The translations under genes were made by a program, and so were the position numbers. Below, in pieces: positions 49,720 through 64,000 of a DNA stretch of 64,000 bases (the first letter of the stretch is position 1; every line of letters begins with the position of its first letter). Source of the DNA: Octopus bimaculoides (lineage: Eukaryota); assembly GCF_001194135.2 (NCBI RefSeq), contig NC_069000.1, positions 6,828,796 through 6,892,795 on the forward strand, given 5' to 3'. Below the pieces are notes generated by a model that saw only the letters and a list, made by a program, of their open reading frames with translations, did no database searches and had not been told where the DNA came from.

Positions 49720-49752
<33 letters not shown>

Positions 49753-50203
49753 NNNNNNNNNNNNNNNNNNNNNNNNNNNNNNNNNNNNNNNNNNNNNNNN
49801 NNNNNNNNNNNNNNNNNNNNNNNNNNNNNNNNNNNNNNNNNNNNNNNNNNNNNNNNNNNNNNNNNNNNNATATATATATTTATATATGAATGTATGTATA
49901 CCTACATACACACACATGTATATATACACACGTGTGTATAGAATATACCTAGTAAAGAGCCGGGTAGACTATAGTTTAAAATAAGTATTCAATACAGGTG
50001 TCGGGCAGAGGGAATATATTTATTATTAGCAACAGGCCCTCAAAGAGCTATTCCATGGTTTGGGGGATTGAGTTATTATACATACATATATATATATATA
50101 CATGGAGCCTGGTGTAGCCATCTGGATCACCTGTCCTCAGTCAAATCGTCAAACCCATGCTAGCATGGAAAGCGGACGTTAAACGGTGATGATGATGATG
50201 ATG

Positions 50204-50234
<31 letters not shown>

Positions 50235-51395
50235 TGTTTGTATATATGTATGTGTGTGTGTTATACATGCCTATAAAAAACATACATGTCTACAGTATGT
50301 GTTTCTGTATGACAGTGTGTGTTTGTGTGTGCATATGTATTTAAACAACCCTCAAAACATTTCTAGTTATACTTTTGCCCTTTTTTTTGATAATAATTTT
50401 AACCCTACACCTAACATGGGGTCCTTTCATTGGTAAATATTTGTTACTACCAAACTTCAAGGAAATAAGAAACACCAGAAAGGTCCAAGTTCAATTCCTA
50501 CTATAAGTGGCATTTCAAATCCAGCAGGAGGACACCTAAGAGTTATGTGCAAGGTGGACCCAGCTCCCTTAGAGTGTCCAGAACTAACACACCAAAATAC
50601 TTGCTGGACAGGAGTTCTTCTTCTGGAGGACCCCATAGCAAGTTTCCACTTAATAATGCCCCTAATATTTGTATTTGTACCGAGGGAGCAAGTTAGATGA
50701 ATCATTAGCATGACAGGGAGAAATGCATTTTGTCAATCTTTACATTCTGAGTTCAAATTCGACTGAGGCCAATTTTGTGTTTTATCTTTTCGGGGGTTGA
50801 TAAAATGAGTACAGCTGAGCACGGGGTTTATGTAATCGACTGTCCCTTCCCCACAAAATTTCAGGCAAATTTGAAAGCAATATGAATATGTATGTTGTGT
50901 GTATATAAGTATGTATGCATGTATCTGTGTATATATGTGTACATGTCTGAATGTGTTTACACATGTATCTGTGTATGTGTGTGTGTGTGTGTAGATATAC
51001 CTGTGAATACTTATGTATATATGCAAATATACATGTATGTGCTTGTGTGTGTTTGTGTGTGTGTGTGTGTGTGTGCGTGTGTGCTCCCCTAACAACAACA
51101 ATGCTCCCCATTTATGCCTTGTTTAATCTCCTTTTCTCATTGAATGTAGAATTATTGTTATTTAGCCGCAAGACAGTGTCTAAGCAGACCTGAGAGTACA
51201 GGTTTCATAGAGGAAGGAGTGGAGATCAAAATAACAAAAACAAATTGAATAATAAATCCAAATATTATTATTATTATTATTGTCGTTGTTGTTGTTGCCG
51301 TTGTTATTGTTGCTATTATTAAAAGAGATTTATTTGAATTCTAGTAAATGATTATTGTACTTCCACATTCAGTGTTTTTGCATAACTACAGATTG

Positions 51396-51428
<33 letters not shown>

Positions 51429-51430
<2 letters not shown>

Positions 51431-51745
51431 CGTAGGAGTGGCTGTGTGGTAAGTAGCTTGCTTACCAACCACATGGTTCCGAATTCAGTCCCACTGCATG
51501 GCACCTTGGGCAAGTGTCTTCTACTATAGCCTCAGTCCGACCAAAGCCTTGTCAGTAGATTTGGTCAACGGAAACTGAAAGAAGCCTGTCGTATATATGT
51601 ATATATATATATATATGTATGTGTGTATATATGTTTGTGTGTCTGTGTTTGTCTCCCCAACATAGCTTGACAACCGATGCTGGTGTGTTTACGTCCCCGT
51701 AACCTAGCGGTTCGGCAAGAGAAACCGATAGAATAAGTACTAAGT
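51429..51745 (+). mobile_element. SINE family A, young copy
   Basis: ggcgtaggagtggctgtgtggtaag...cccactgcatggcaccttgggcaagtg...; internal (TA/TG)n; near-identical to the reverse complement of 17885-18272. Confidence 0.9.
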
Positions 51746-52224
51746 TCTCAGAACTTTCTGGCCCAGGGAGTCAGAGGCTGTCATTCTTCTGTTCTCTTTC
51801 TTTCTATGGTCACTCCTAGAATACTGGGCTCTAATAGAAGACACTTGTCCAAAATACTGTGCAGTGGGGCTGAATCCAAAACCTTGTGATTGCAAAGCAG
51901 GCTTCTTAACCACACAGCCATTCGTCTGCTGATGAATAAGTTAACTTTCTGAATTTAATTTTTAAAATCTTACTTCATATTCCATTTATTTAATATTAAA
52001 AAATAATCTGTTTTGATCTTACAGCAAGAAACACTGTCATGGCTACAAATTAGTTTAACGAAGGCAAAGTAAAATATTACTTAATTGAAACCTCTTCACC
52101 AGGAATTGAAAGGAAACAGCATTAAATTGGGCATTGAAGACTTGGTACTAAAGAAAAAGAAAGTGAAAAGTAGAGAAGAGAGATAAGGAGGAAGAATTGT
52201 TAAACAGGCTGCGATAACATAAGA

Positions 52225-52947
52225 ATGGACGAATCCTTGTACGAAAATTTCATTTGTAATCTTTGTCTGGAACCTTACACTGAACCCAAGTCACTTCCAT
52301 GTCTACATTGTTTTTGCTTAGAATGTCTGCTGCAATATCTGCAATCCAGGCAACCAACCACAGCTTCTCCATCCTCTGTGCTATATTACGATAACTTTCC
52401 TTGCCCTGTCTGTAAATATAAAGTGAGGTTGGAATGGCAGCAAAGACTCAGCTTTGCTAATCTAAGATCTGTCGTAGACTCATTCCCAGACAATTTCCAC
52501 ATGGTAAACTTAATGCAACAACTAGATATTCGACCAGTAACCAAATTCTGTGGCATTTGTATGGGGGATGACATCCAATCAAAGAGTGTCTCCTGGTGTC
52601 AAGACTGTTACCAATCTCTGTGTGAAAGCTGTACAAATTCCCATCGGACTCTACAGTTGACATCCGATCACACATTGATAGAGGACTGCAGTGTGAAGGG
52701 CTTCCTGTTTGCGAACAATGCATACCCCTGCCCGAAACACGACACTGAATCTCTGAGGTCATTCTGCAACAAGTGTAAGGTGTGTATATGCTACAAATGC
52801 CATCTGACTGACCACAAGAACTGTGAGAAGATAATACTGTTGGAGGAAGCTGTTGCTGACTATTCTACGACGGCTGATCTTATCATAGACAGCCTCAAGA
52901 AACACATGGAGGATATGGTGCTTCTGCGAGACAAAATAACAAAACAG
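52225..52947 (+). CDS. TRIM/RBCC E3 ubiquitin ligase, coding exon 1 (C3HC4 RING, B-box1, B-box2, start of coiled coil)
   Basis: RING CNLC-x11-CLHCFCLEC-x25-CPVC; B-box1 CGIC..CQDC..CESC..H..H; B-box2 CPKH..CNKC..CYKC..HKNC; in-frame TAA at 52201-52203 upstream of the ATG; donor CAG|gtgagt. Confidence 0.92.
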
Positions 52948-53680
52948 GTGAGTAACTGTTGGTCTTGAAATTGACTGGAACCCTCGTTGTCATAACTGAT
53001 GGAACGTCAGTTTTGAAGTTGTTAATGTTGAGTAATAATGTTATACGCAAAAGTGCTTTGATATAAAGTTGTTAATGTCATGTATTAGTGTTATATACAA
53101 AACTACTTTTTTTTACATTACCGTATGTGGGAGGAAACAAGATGGTGATACGAGAACAGAGGAAATACAATAAAACAGGTTAAGAAAATATTGTAATTTG
53201 TCATAAAACAAAAATCAGTATTCTCAACTGTCAATTGAATCAATAGGACAACATCTGTTCAGTAAAAGATTATTTGTGTTTACTTTAAACCTGGCACACC
53301 CCTTTATATCTTGAAGGGTGGGGTGTGAATTTGTCAGGTTATTCTGAAAGATTAGTCACCAATTCAGAATCAATAAATGAAGTTGTTTTTGTAAGTCATT
53401 GATTACTTGTTTCCACAATGTTTTGTCTTATTCTATTCTATTTTATTATTATTATTAATATTGTTGTTGTTGTTGTTGTTGTCATCGTTGTTGTCATTGT
53501 CGTTGTTGTCAGCTTTACTCTTCATCCTTTCAGGGTTTATCAAATAAGTTCCAGTTGAGCACTGGGGTTGATATAACTGATTCACCATCTCCCCATAAGA
53601 TTTCATGTTTTGTACAATTGTAGTAAAGATCATTGTGATTAATGTGGTTATTTTTTGTTGCTGCTGTTTTTGTTGTTTTT

Positions 53681-53712
<32 letters not shown>

Positions 53713-54088
53713 ATTAACTTTGGGGTTGATTAAATAAGTACCAGTTGACCACTGGGGTTGATGTAATTGACTAGACATCTTCTTCTAAATTTCAGGCTTT
53801 GTGCTTATTGTAGAAAGAATTATTATTATCATTATTAAGTCAGCAAGCTGGTAGAACTGCCAGTATATTGGAAAAAAGCATAGCAAGACACCTGTGTTCA
53901 TCAAGGGAAAATCACAGGTGTGTTGCTGTAGAGGAGATATATGGCTGAAAGAGATAAAAAGGAAGATAGTGGTGGAATACTAGAGCAAACTCTCATATAT
54001 CATAATATATTATAATATATTATAATATATTATGATATATTATAATAATAACACATATTATATATTTCACTCATTCTTTCTCTTTCAG

Positions 54089-54785
54089 CGCAATACAGCC
54101 CTTGACCGTCGAACCAGCATAGTGTCTGATATCCAGGACACGACCAGTCGATTGATAGAATCTCTCAAGATGAATGAGACCAACCTGATTGAAGAATTGG
54201 AAAAGTTCTACAAAGAAGAGGATGCTAAGAGAGAATTTCTTGAAAATGACATCAACGACACATTGTCCAATCTTTCAGAAACTTACAAAATATTTGAAAA
54301 CTGTTACCGAGGTAAAAATGAACCTCAGTTCCTGAATCTTGTTAATACAATTGACAAGAAAATTCCTGATAATGCAAAGAAAGTTAAGAACTTGTTTGAG
54401 CGAATTGACAAAGAAAAGAGACATTTTCGGTTTGACATGAACACCAAAATCCAGGAATGTCTGAGAAAGTTGGAAGGTTTGCCACTCGGAACAGTTACCA
54501 TTACTTCTGAGACTCCAACAGAAGAAATGGGCAACGATGCCATCGTGAGGTACAACTTACCAAAAATAGATTCGTCAACATCTATGAACTTTATAGAAAC
54601 AACAGAGGTGGCAACAGAAACGACCCTTGTTGAAGTGAGCAATGAAAAGTCTCGGCAGTTAAAGCCGCGTGGTTTGTTGTCCTGGCTGTGTAGACGTGGT
54701 CCACCAAAGGTACCACACATAACCAGGTCTATCAGTCAGTCGAAAACATCCCTGTTAGCTGATGGAGTCATATTTTTGTCAGCAG
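54089..54785 (+). CDS. TRIM/RBCC coding exon 2 (coiled coil plus linker), ending at a phase-1 donor
   Basis: ctttcag|CGC acceptor in phase 0 with exon 1; 232 open codons with L/I/E/K heptad character; G|gtaaga donor; reading through the donor gives a stop at 54800-54802. Confidence 0.85.
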
Positions 54786-56010
54786 GTAAGAACATTTTGT
54801 GAGATGAAGGTACGTCCTGACACCTTGTCTCCACCATCCTTTCTCCCTTTCTTGCTGGGGGTAGCCATCTGCTTCCTCCCCAGCAAATTACCTGTTGCTG
54901 TCACCTCTATCATACTTTCACTTCTCAATACTCAATACAAAGCCACCCCACATCAATACCACCCATTCTCTCAAGGGAGTTTGTTTTGTGAGTTATTTTG
55001 GTATCTTCATTTGTGCTGTTGTCACAAAAAAAAAGCACCCAGTACATTCTGTAGTGATTGGCATTAGGAAGGGCATGTAACCATAGAAATCTTACCAAAG
55101 TAGACATTAGAGCTCAAAGCAGTCATTTGACTCATTGGATTCTGTTGAACCTTCCGACCCATGCTAGCATGATTTATAGACATTCAATGAAATGATAATT
55201 ATAATGATATATATATATATATAATTCAATACAAGGGAAAACAGTTTCCTTTATTGGGATGGAAAAATATCCAATTTTCCACTGGTATTTCAGTAAATAC
55301 ACACACAAGCACGTACTTGTGTGTGTATGTATGTGTACTTGTTGGTGTGTGTGTGTGTATGTGTTAAGACTCCAAACCTCCATCCCTGCCAGTTTCAACA
55401 TTCCTTTTGCCATCTTTGCCTTTGTTGAGTGTCCCTCTCTCATACTGTGTGTCATCAATCAACACAGTCCTCTGCCATCTGTGGGATACAGATTTCATAA
55501 AATCTGCTTCCCATCAGCTTGTAATACTTACTGCCCCCCCTGTAAGCCTGCTCCATATAACTTCTAACCATCTCAGTTACTTTGTTTATGACCACACTAC
55601 ACCTCTTGCATGGTCGGAGTTGACATTCTACCAGAAGAATTTCTAACCAACTTGTTTTCTATATCTCTACCATGACCATTTCCCTGATGATATCAGAATC
55701 CTGGATTCCTATTTAATCTAACTGAGAAGAACTATAGTCAAACCAACCATGACCATCCTATCTCTATTACCGATGTTTGTTTCATTTTCAGCTAACTTGA
55801 TTCTCATTTCTATTTCCAGAGTAAGAAAACATTGCAACTGAGTTGAATCCCTGTCTTGGATATTGGAAGAAGAGCGTTTTATTTTTGGAACTTATGAATA
55901 TACTGATTATATACCTATATTTATACACACACATATCTGTACTCGTATATACTTGTTCTAAACACATATCCATGCATATAGATACAATTATATATATATA
56001 TGTGTGTATG

Positions 56011-56086
<76 letters not shown>

Positions 56087-56096
56087 NNNNNNNNNN

Positions 56097-56150
<54 letters not shown>

Positions 56151-56300
56151 TATATACATACATATTTATATATGCATATACACACATATATACATATGTC
56201 TATTATATCAAAACACGTAGCATTTTTGATATAGTAAATGTAGCTATCTACTCTATGCAACATATTGAGTTCTCTATGAAAGAATGTTTACAGTACATAT

Positions 56301-56472
56301 AATCTAATATAATATAATATAATATAATATAATATAATATAATATAATATAATATAATATAATGTAATATAATATAATATAATATGATATAATATAATAC
56401 AATACAATATAACATAATATAATCTAATCTAATATAATATATAATATGATATTAATAATATGATGTAATATA

Positions 56473-56480
<8 letters not shown>
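56301..56480. repeat. (AATAT)n pentanucleotide array
   Basis: Direct inspection; a long (AAT)n follows at about 57275-57355. Confidence 0.92.
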
Positions 56481-56513
<33 letters not shown>

Positions 56514-57275
56514 TCATCATCATCGTTTATTGTCCGCCTTCCATGCTAGCATGGGCTGGACGATTTGACTGAGGACTGGCAAACCAGAAGGCTGTACCAG
56601 GCTCCAATCTGATCTGGTCATAGATAATTGAACATTAATGACCAGAATAAAGATAATAAAATTTTCTCCCAACACAATAAAGATTATTCGCATCTCTTTT
56701 TACTATTCTCTCAGAATTCTGTGGTAGCAGAAATCATAAATAGCTTTAATACTTTCCACCATGGGTGTTGAACAGCAACAACAAAAAGATCTTCCATATC
56801 TTCTGGTTTGACTAAATGTCAAATGAAGAACTGCATTGAAATACAAATCTGGTCCTTGAAATGAAACCCAAGTTGCTCAGATGGGTCGGACCCATACTTT
56901 GAATTGACCAGAGTGTGGTACCAAAGTATCAAAGTTAAGCATAAAACTGGACACTCGTTGGGGAAGCAAAAGTTTGGACAGTCAAAGAATAGGTGACATG
57001 AAACAGTTGAAGAAGAGCTGACAAAAATGGTTCTTTGGTACTATGCATAAATTGGTCAATGGCATTGAACTATTAAAGGCTGGTGTGAACGGCATCAAAC
57101 TGTTGAAGTCATATATTTTATTTACTGATTGAGAGGATGAGGATTAAATAAAATAATAAATCTGTTAATATGATAATTACCACATTGAGATTATTAAATT
57201 CTCACAATAAAGATAATTACATTGTCTCAGAGTGTTAATATCCAAAAATGATTTGTCATGAAAATAATGATAAGG

Positions 57276-57352
<77 letters not shown>

Positions 57353-58269
57353 TATTATTATTATAATAATGATGATGATATCAAATTTTGACACAAGGCC
57401 AGCAATTTCGGGGTAGGGGATAAGTTGATTAATTCAATCCCAGTGTTTAACTGGTACTTATTTTATCGACCCCAAAGAGAATGAAAGGGAAAGTCGACCC
57501 CGGCAACATCCAACTTTGGAGGAATTGGATCAATTTGACCTTGGCAGAATTTTATCAGTAATAATAATAATGATTATTATTATTATTATTATTATTATAA
57601 TGATGATGATGATGGCTTCTGTTTTAAGAACAAGGGAGACAATGGAGGTGAGGAGGACATCTGAAACTGATATATTTTCGTAATCTGAAATCCAAGAAGG
57701 CAAAATAAAATTTAAAAAAAAAAAAAAATAATAATAATAATAATAATAAATAAATTATAATAAAAAATTTCAAAAATAATAATGATAATAATGAATAAAA
57801 AATAAAAAATAAAAAATGAATTGCAACAATATTTATTAAATAATTATTATTAACTGAAATTTAATTATAAAGTTGAATAAAATCTGGAATTTCAATTTAA
57901 TTTCAAATTAACTTTTTTAATTACTGAATGACTGAATTTTTATTGAGTGCTGTTTTTATCATCATCATCATTGTCATCATCATCATTGTTGTTGTGAACA
58001 TCATTGTCATCATCATTGTTGTTATCATCATCATCATCATCAGCACCATCATCCTCTCCTCCTTCTCCTCCTTTAGGTATTTTCGCTCAATAAACACTCA
58101 CAACGCCCAGTCTGGTAATCAAAATTATGTTCCTACGACCACTGTCCTAACCACTGGGCCATTGCACTTCCACTGTGAAACTATTATATCACATTACAAT
58201 AGAGATGTTATTGTTTCACTTTTGACACATAATACCGAAACAGTCTAAGAGATTGCACCAGGTTCGTAT

Positions 58270-58431
58270 TAGGCAGAAGCTGGAAATTTTTTTGGCCCAT
58301 GACACTGTATGGACCCTAAGTAAGCCATATGTAAAATTTGAATGAAATCAGTTGGGTAGTTCTTGAGTTTTAGTGATGCACACATACACACAGACAGACA
58401 GACAGACATTCTCAGTTTTATACATATAGAT
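58270..58431 (+). mobile_element. Possible non-autonomous Helitron/Helentron-type element 3' part
   Basis: aaatttgaatgaaatcagttgggtagttcttgagtttta + (CAGA)n + cattctcagttttatacatatagat; resembles Lep1/DINE-like ends from memory only. Confidence 0.4.
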
Positions 58432-61074
58432 TGCACACACTCACACACACACATACACATACATAATGCATATGTATGTATGTATGTATAGATGTAATCT
58501 GTCACTGCAGCTTGTCACCTGTACAAATACAAATTCAGATTTGACAACAAAAAAAGACACAAAAAACACCCTAAACCTGTTTGTTACATTGTCACCATCA
58601 TCATCATCATTGTTGGCGTCATCAATGCCACTACACTAGCTCCCACTACCACCACCATCATCATCATCATCTTCTTCACCACCACCATCAGCACCACCAC
58701 CACCACCAGCAGCAGCACCACCACCACCACCCAAATCATCATCATCATCATTGCCCTTCCTAATCAGATAATCACACACCAAACAAAACAAAATACAGTT
58801 GGTTGTTTACAGCCAGAAAGACTGCTTCGGGATGTGTTCCCTTTATAAACACAATAACAATTCTTAAAGATGGGCACGGATTAAAGGATAATCCAATACA
58901 CTCCCAGGTCCCATGTGAAATTCATTTTATATTAGAAAATATTCTTTGTTTCTTTTTTTGTTTCGTTTTTAATGTTTGTCAACCCCAGCAAGAAGGGGAG
59001 GAAGAGGGGGAGGAGGAGGAGGTTTAAAGCCCTCTAATAATGTTTAGCCTCTCTTTTAATTGTGGCACAGAAATTAACGTGGTGGTGGTGGTGGTGGCAG
59101 CGGCATGCCATTAGGGTGGGTGGTCATTATATTTGATGTGGGGACAGTTGTGGTATGGGATAACTTGGCATAATGACAATGTTGTTGTTGTTGTTGTTGT
59201 TCAACCCCTGCTCAACCTTGATCCAGTATACTTCTGATCAAAGGCAATCCTAGCATGACCGTCCTGTCTTGTCTCTATATAAGAGGAACTAATTCAAGAC
59301 CACACTGTCCCATGTTGTCCTTTCTCAAAGAAATTGCGATAGGATTTGGAAGAAATTTAACTGCTAATTTTTTTGCAAGTCAAACAACCACAATCTCCCA
59401 AACCTACAATCAAAGACATTCCAAACATGACCATTCCATTCATCTTTTTCCTAGGCTCAGTATAGCAAGGACCACATTCCTGTGCCTATACACACACACA
59501 ACCAATAAGTTTTGGCTGGCCTGAGACTAAAGCAGAAGACATTTGCCCAAATTGCCATGCTGAGGGGCTGAACCTGAAACCATGGGATCCAGAAGGAAAC
59601 TTCTTAATAATTAGAAAACAATTAAAAATCAACGGGTGGCAAAAAACTTTCTATAGATCAATGTATGTATGAGTGTGTGTGTGTGTGTGTGTGTGTGCAT
59701 GCATGCATGTGTATGTATATGTGTGCTTGTTCTATCTTGTATGTCTGCATGTGTGTGTGTGAGTGCGTGTGGCATATTGCCTTTTGTAGTGGTGTGAGTT
59801 TGTGTTATATAATGCTGTGTCTGAGGTGTACATGCTTGTGTTTCTGTATGTGTGTGTTTGTGTGTGTGCGTCTGTGTGTACGTGTGTGTGTGTGTGTGTG
59901 TGTGTTAACCAAACATTAGAAGATGGTGTGTTCACGTCCTATTTAGTGTGGTGGAGTCTGTGAAACGGCCAGACTTACAACTTACATCCTCTGAAGAACA
60001 CATGGCTTCAATTTTCCCAGCTGTCAGTCAGAGGCGCTACCAAACTTGATGGAGCAGGCACTTCTCACAAATACACACACATGCGCATGCACACGTACAT
60101 ACACAACATGCATTCACACATACAGGCACGCACACTCATACACGCATATATGCACACATATACACACACACATATTCAGGCATGTAAGCATACATACACA
60201 CATAGAAACATACGTGTGTATATGTGGATGTATGTATACATATGTACGTCTACATGTATGTCTATANNNNNNNNNNNNNNNNNNNNNNNNNNNNNNNNNN
60301 NNNNNNNNNNNNNNNNNNNNNNNNNNNNNNNNNNNNNNNNNNNNNNNNNNNNNNNNNNNNNNNNNNNNNNNNNNNNNNNNNNNNNNNNNNNNNNNNNNNN
60401 NNNNNNNNNNNNNNNNNNNNNNNNNNNNNNNNNNNNNNNNNNNNNNNNNNNNNNNNNNNNNNNNNNNNNNNNNNNNNNNNNNNNNNNNNNNNNNNNNNNN
60501 NNNNNNNNNNNNNNNNNNNNNNNNNNNNNNNNNNNNNNNNNNNNNNNNNNNNNNNNNNNNNNNNNNNNNNNNNNNNNNNNNNNNNNNNNNNNNNNNNNNN
60601 NNNNNNNNNNNNNNNNNNNNNNNNNNNNNNNNNNNNNNNNNNNNNNNNNNNNNNNNNNNNNNNNNNNNNNNNNNNNNNNNNNNNNNNNNNNNNNNNNNNN
60701 NNNNNNNNNNNNNNNNNNNNNNNNNNNNNNNNNNNNNNNNNNNNNNNNNNNNNNNNNNNNNNNNNNNNNNNNNNNNNNNNNNNNNNNNNNNNNNNNNNNN
60801 NNNNNNNNNNNNNNNNNNNNNNNNNNNNNNNNNNNNNNNNNNNNNNNNNNNNNNNNNNNNNNNNNNNNNNNNNNNNNNNNNNNNNNNNNNNNNNNNNNNN
60901 NNNNNNNNNNNNNNNNNNNNNNNNNNNNNNNNNNNNNNNNNNNNNNNNNNNNNNNNNNNNNNNNNNNNNNNNNNNNNNNNNNNNNNNNNNNNNNNNNNNN
61001 NNNNNNNNNNNNNNNNNNNNNNNNNNNNNNNNNNNNNNNNNNNNNNNNNNNNNNNNNNNNNNNNNNNNNNNNNN

Positions 61075-61115
<41 letters not shown>

Positions 61116-61472
61116 ATGTATCTAGCTATCTATCTATATGTGTGTGTGTGTATGTGTGTGTATGTACGTATAGATATATGCTGTGTTGTAAGAAGTTTGC
61201 TTCCTGACCACATGGCTCTGAGTTCAGTCCTGCTGCATTGCACCTTGGGAAAATGTTTTCATCTATAACTCTGGGCTGACCAAAAGCTTGTGAGTGAATT
61301 TTGTTAATGAAAACTGAAAGAAGCCTCTTCATCATCATCATCATCATCATCATTTAACATCCGTTTTTGATGCTGACATGTGTTGGACAGTTTGGCAGGT
61401 ACTGGCAAGCTGGAGTGCCACCTGGGCTTTATTTTGTCTGTTTTGGCATGGTTTCTACAGCTGGATGCTCTT

Positions 61473-61982
61473 CCCAGTCTTAAATTTCTCCGTTATGTCA
61501 TGCAGGACTATGATACACAAGAGGGGACTGAAAAGTGATCCTTGGTGAACTCCTACCTGTACACCAAATTCCTTGCTATACTCATTGCCAACTCTCATCT
61601 TATCGACAGCATCCCTGTACATGATCTGAACAGTTCTCACCAACCACTCATCTACCCCTAGTTTCCACATTACCCATCAGATAAGGGAGCAGAGGACCCT
61701 GTCAAAGGCTTTCTCCATGTCAGCAAAAGTCAAATACAGAGATTTATTTTTAGCTAAATACTTCTCCTGCAGTTGTCTTGCCAGAGAGATGGCATCAGTA
61801 ATGCCGCTTCCTGGCACAAGACCAAATTGCATCTCATCTAGGTGAACTCTGTTCTTAATTCATTCAGCTATGACCGTTTCTGTAACTTTTATCACCTGGT
61901 CCGACAATTTGATACCTCTGTAATTATTTCTGTCTAATGCACCACCTTTACCTTTGTAGTGGTTGACTATAATGCTGTAGTC
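61473..61982 (-). mobile_element. RTE-clade LINE reverse transcriptase fragment (pseudogenised)
   Basis: Translates YKGKGGALDRNNYRGIKL..E*IKNRVHLDEMQFGLVPGSG..LTFADMEKAFDRV..LI*WVMWKLGVDEW..VGVHQGSLFSPLL; two in-frame TGA stops. Confidence 0.92.
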
Positions 61983-63841
61983 AACCACTACATGTACAAC
62001 AACAACAACATTGCCACTGCTACCACCACCACCACTACTGCTACCATCACCACAACTGCATCCACTAGGACCACCAACACCCATTCTCTCACACACTTGT
62101 CACTCTTATCACTCACAACAGCACTTCCAACAGACATGGGGAGCAAGGACTGTCCCCTACATTCTTAACTGCACCCCCTCCCACTTTCCTCTCACCCACT
62201 TCACTCCCCACAAAGCTATTCTCCCAACCATTCCCTCTCCCCACCACACACCATCACTAGAACCCTTTAAATAACTGCCTGCCCCCTACTCCTCCTTACA
62301 TGACATACTGCTGTAGGTCAGGTCACAGGGAAACCTTGCTACTGCAGGGTAGCGGGGAGGGTGGGGAGAAGGGATGAGGGGGTGAGCGGGGGGGGACCTT
62401 ATTCAATCAACTTGACCCTCTTGTTCACATGACATTTCTACTTCCCCAAACATATGAGTAACTTACACACATTTAAACCTACACATACAGACATGTGCAC
62501 ACACACACACACACTCACTCACTCACTCACTCATACATACACGCACTCACTCACGCACACACATACACACACTCACTTAAACATGCACAAGACATGTGGT
62601 CACATATACATACACACACCCTTAAACATACACATGCACAGACATACACAAACATACGTACAAACACACATACACTTAAACACACACATACTATCATACA
62701 CAAACACATACACACAAACATACCCACTTAAACACACACATTTAAACACATGCACACACACACATGTACACGCATACATGCACACCCACATATACACGTA
62801 TACAGTGGTACAACACACATAGAATTATATCTACATTAGCAAAAACCCCAACCCCCACCCCTCTTATACACGGATGCACATGCTGCATTATAATGAGAAT
62901 GCATAAATGCATGATAGCTGCAGAAGTGGCTGTGTGGTAAGAAGCTTGCTTACCAACCACATGGTTCTGGGTTCAGTCCCACTCTGTGGCACCTTGGGTG
63001 CAGATTAATATGTTTTGTTTTATGTATGTATTCTCATGCATACAGTTGCATATCTAGACATGTTCATAAATACTTAAATATTATGTATGTATGTATGTAT
63101 TTATGTATGTGTACGAATGCATGTGCATGAATGTATGTACAGTCAATTGATGTAGACACCTCTGTTGAGAATCCAATGAGGTTCAAAATCAATTAAGTCT
63201 ATTGATAATGTTTTTCAATCTACTGCTTATATATCTAACATGTAGGTTACATATATGTATGATGTGTGTGTGTGTGTGTGTGTGTGTGTGATGTGAGGGC
63301 TACTGATTGGATCTGTAGTTAGTGCAAGATCCCAGCCAGGTGAAAGGTGACACAGGGATGGAATAGTGAGGCAGACACAGCCATAAAAATGAAAAGGTAA
63401 ACTTCAAACAGACTGGAAGTATTCCTGTAAACTTATCTAAGGGAGAAGAAAAAATCCAGACGTCCATTCATATTCTGTGATGTGAGGATCAGATGTCTGC
63501 ATTACCACAAATTGCAAGATTGAGTGATAAGGAATATCAATATGTCACTGGGGAGAAGCGAATACAAAATAATAATGGTGTTCTTGCTAGTGATAGCAAA
63601 CATGGCATTGCTATGGTTGTTGTGTGGAAGGGCAGTTCTTGTCCCTCAGAGTTAATCAGTCATGTGTCACCCTCACTCAGGTCTATCTGGTCATTCCTCT
63701 TCTAATCATTCACATAACGTGTGTTTACCTACCAATGGTCAACACTAACCACCATAACCATTCCTTTCTCCCCACCCTGTACAACATCCCTCTGTAAATT
63801 TCTTCTCTGTTCATGTTTTCCCCACAGATGTACATGAAGAC

Positions 63842-63955
63842 CACCAACCACCCAGTCACCCAGCCACCCAGCCTCCCAGCCACCCAGCCACCCAACCACC
63901 CAGCCACCCAGCCAACCAACCACCCATCCACCCAGCCACCCAGCTACCCAACCAC
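63842..63955. repeat. (CCACCCAG)n-type tandem repeat
   Basis: Direct inspection. Confidence 0.88.
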
Positions 63956-64000
63956 TCAGTCACATTGATGTCTCAACCAAATTCCACTCACAAGACATTT

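Noticed and set aside
63493-63705. 70-aa ORF, and the open frame at 63829-64000, as TRIM 3' exons
   Set aside because: The first gives a stop within 11 codons in the required phase; the second is a CCACCCAG repeat running into SINE-like sequence

Overview
AT-rich, microsatellite- and SINE-dense animal genomic DNA with eight N gaps. The repeat content suggests a coleoid cephalopod such as Octopus (inference). (1) A complete 23-coding-exon ubiquitin C-terminal hydrolase gene of the USP4/USP15/USP11 family lies on + (ATG 3237, TAA 40166-40168). I assembled it by hand: all introns are GT-AG, the phases are consistent, the CDS is 3141 nt (1046 aa), and the DUSP-UBL, Cys box and His box are intact. 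The ORF track misses exon 1 and most short exons. (2) A TRIM/RBCC E3 ligase gene (RING, two B-boxes, coiled coil) lies on + at 52225-54785; I could not identify its last exon. (3) There is a degenerate tRNA-Asp-like gene with a GTG anticodon in USP intron 1. (4) Mobile DNA includes two tRNA-derived SINE families, RTE LINE fragments, mariner, Tigger, hAT and piggyBac-like MITEs, and a possible Helitron-type end. I found no convincing novel multi-gene system. The best leads are a candidate stop-creating (poison) cassette exon in USP intron 1, a perfect 33-bp inverted repeat, the anticodon-switched tRNA-like gene, a skippable Ser/Thr-rich exon 7, an overlapping uORF, a five-copy head-to-tail SINE chain and a TRIM apparently lacking a C-terminal domain.
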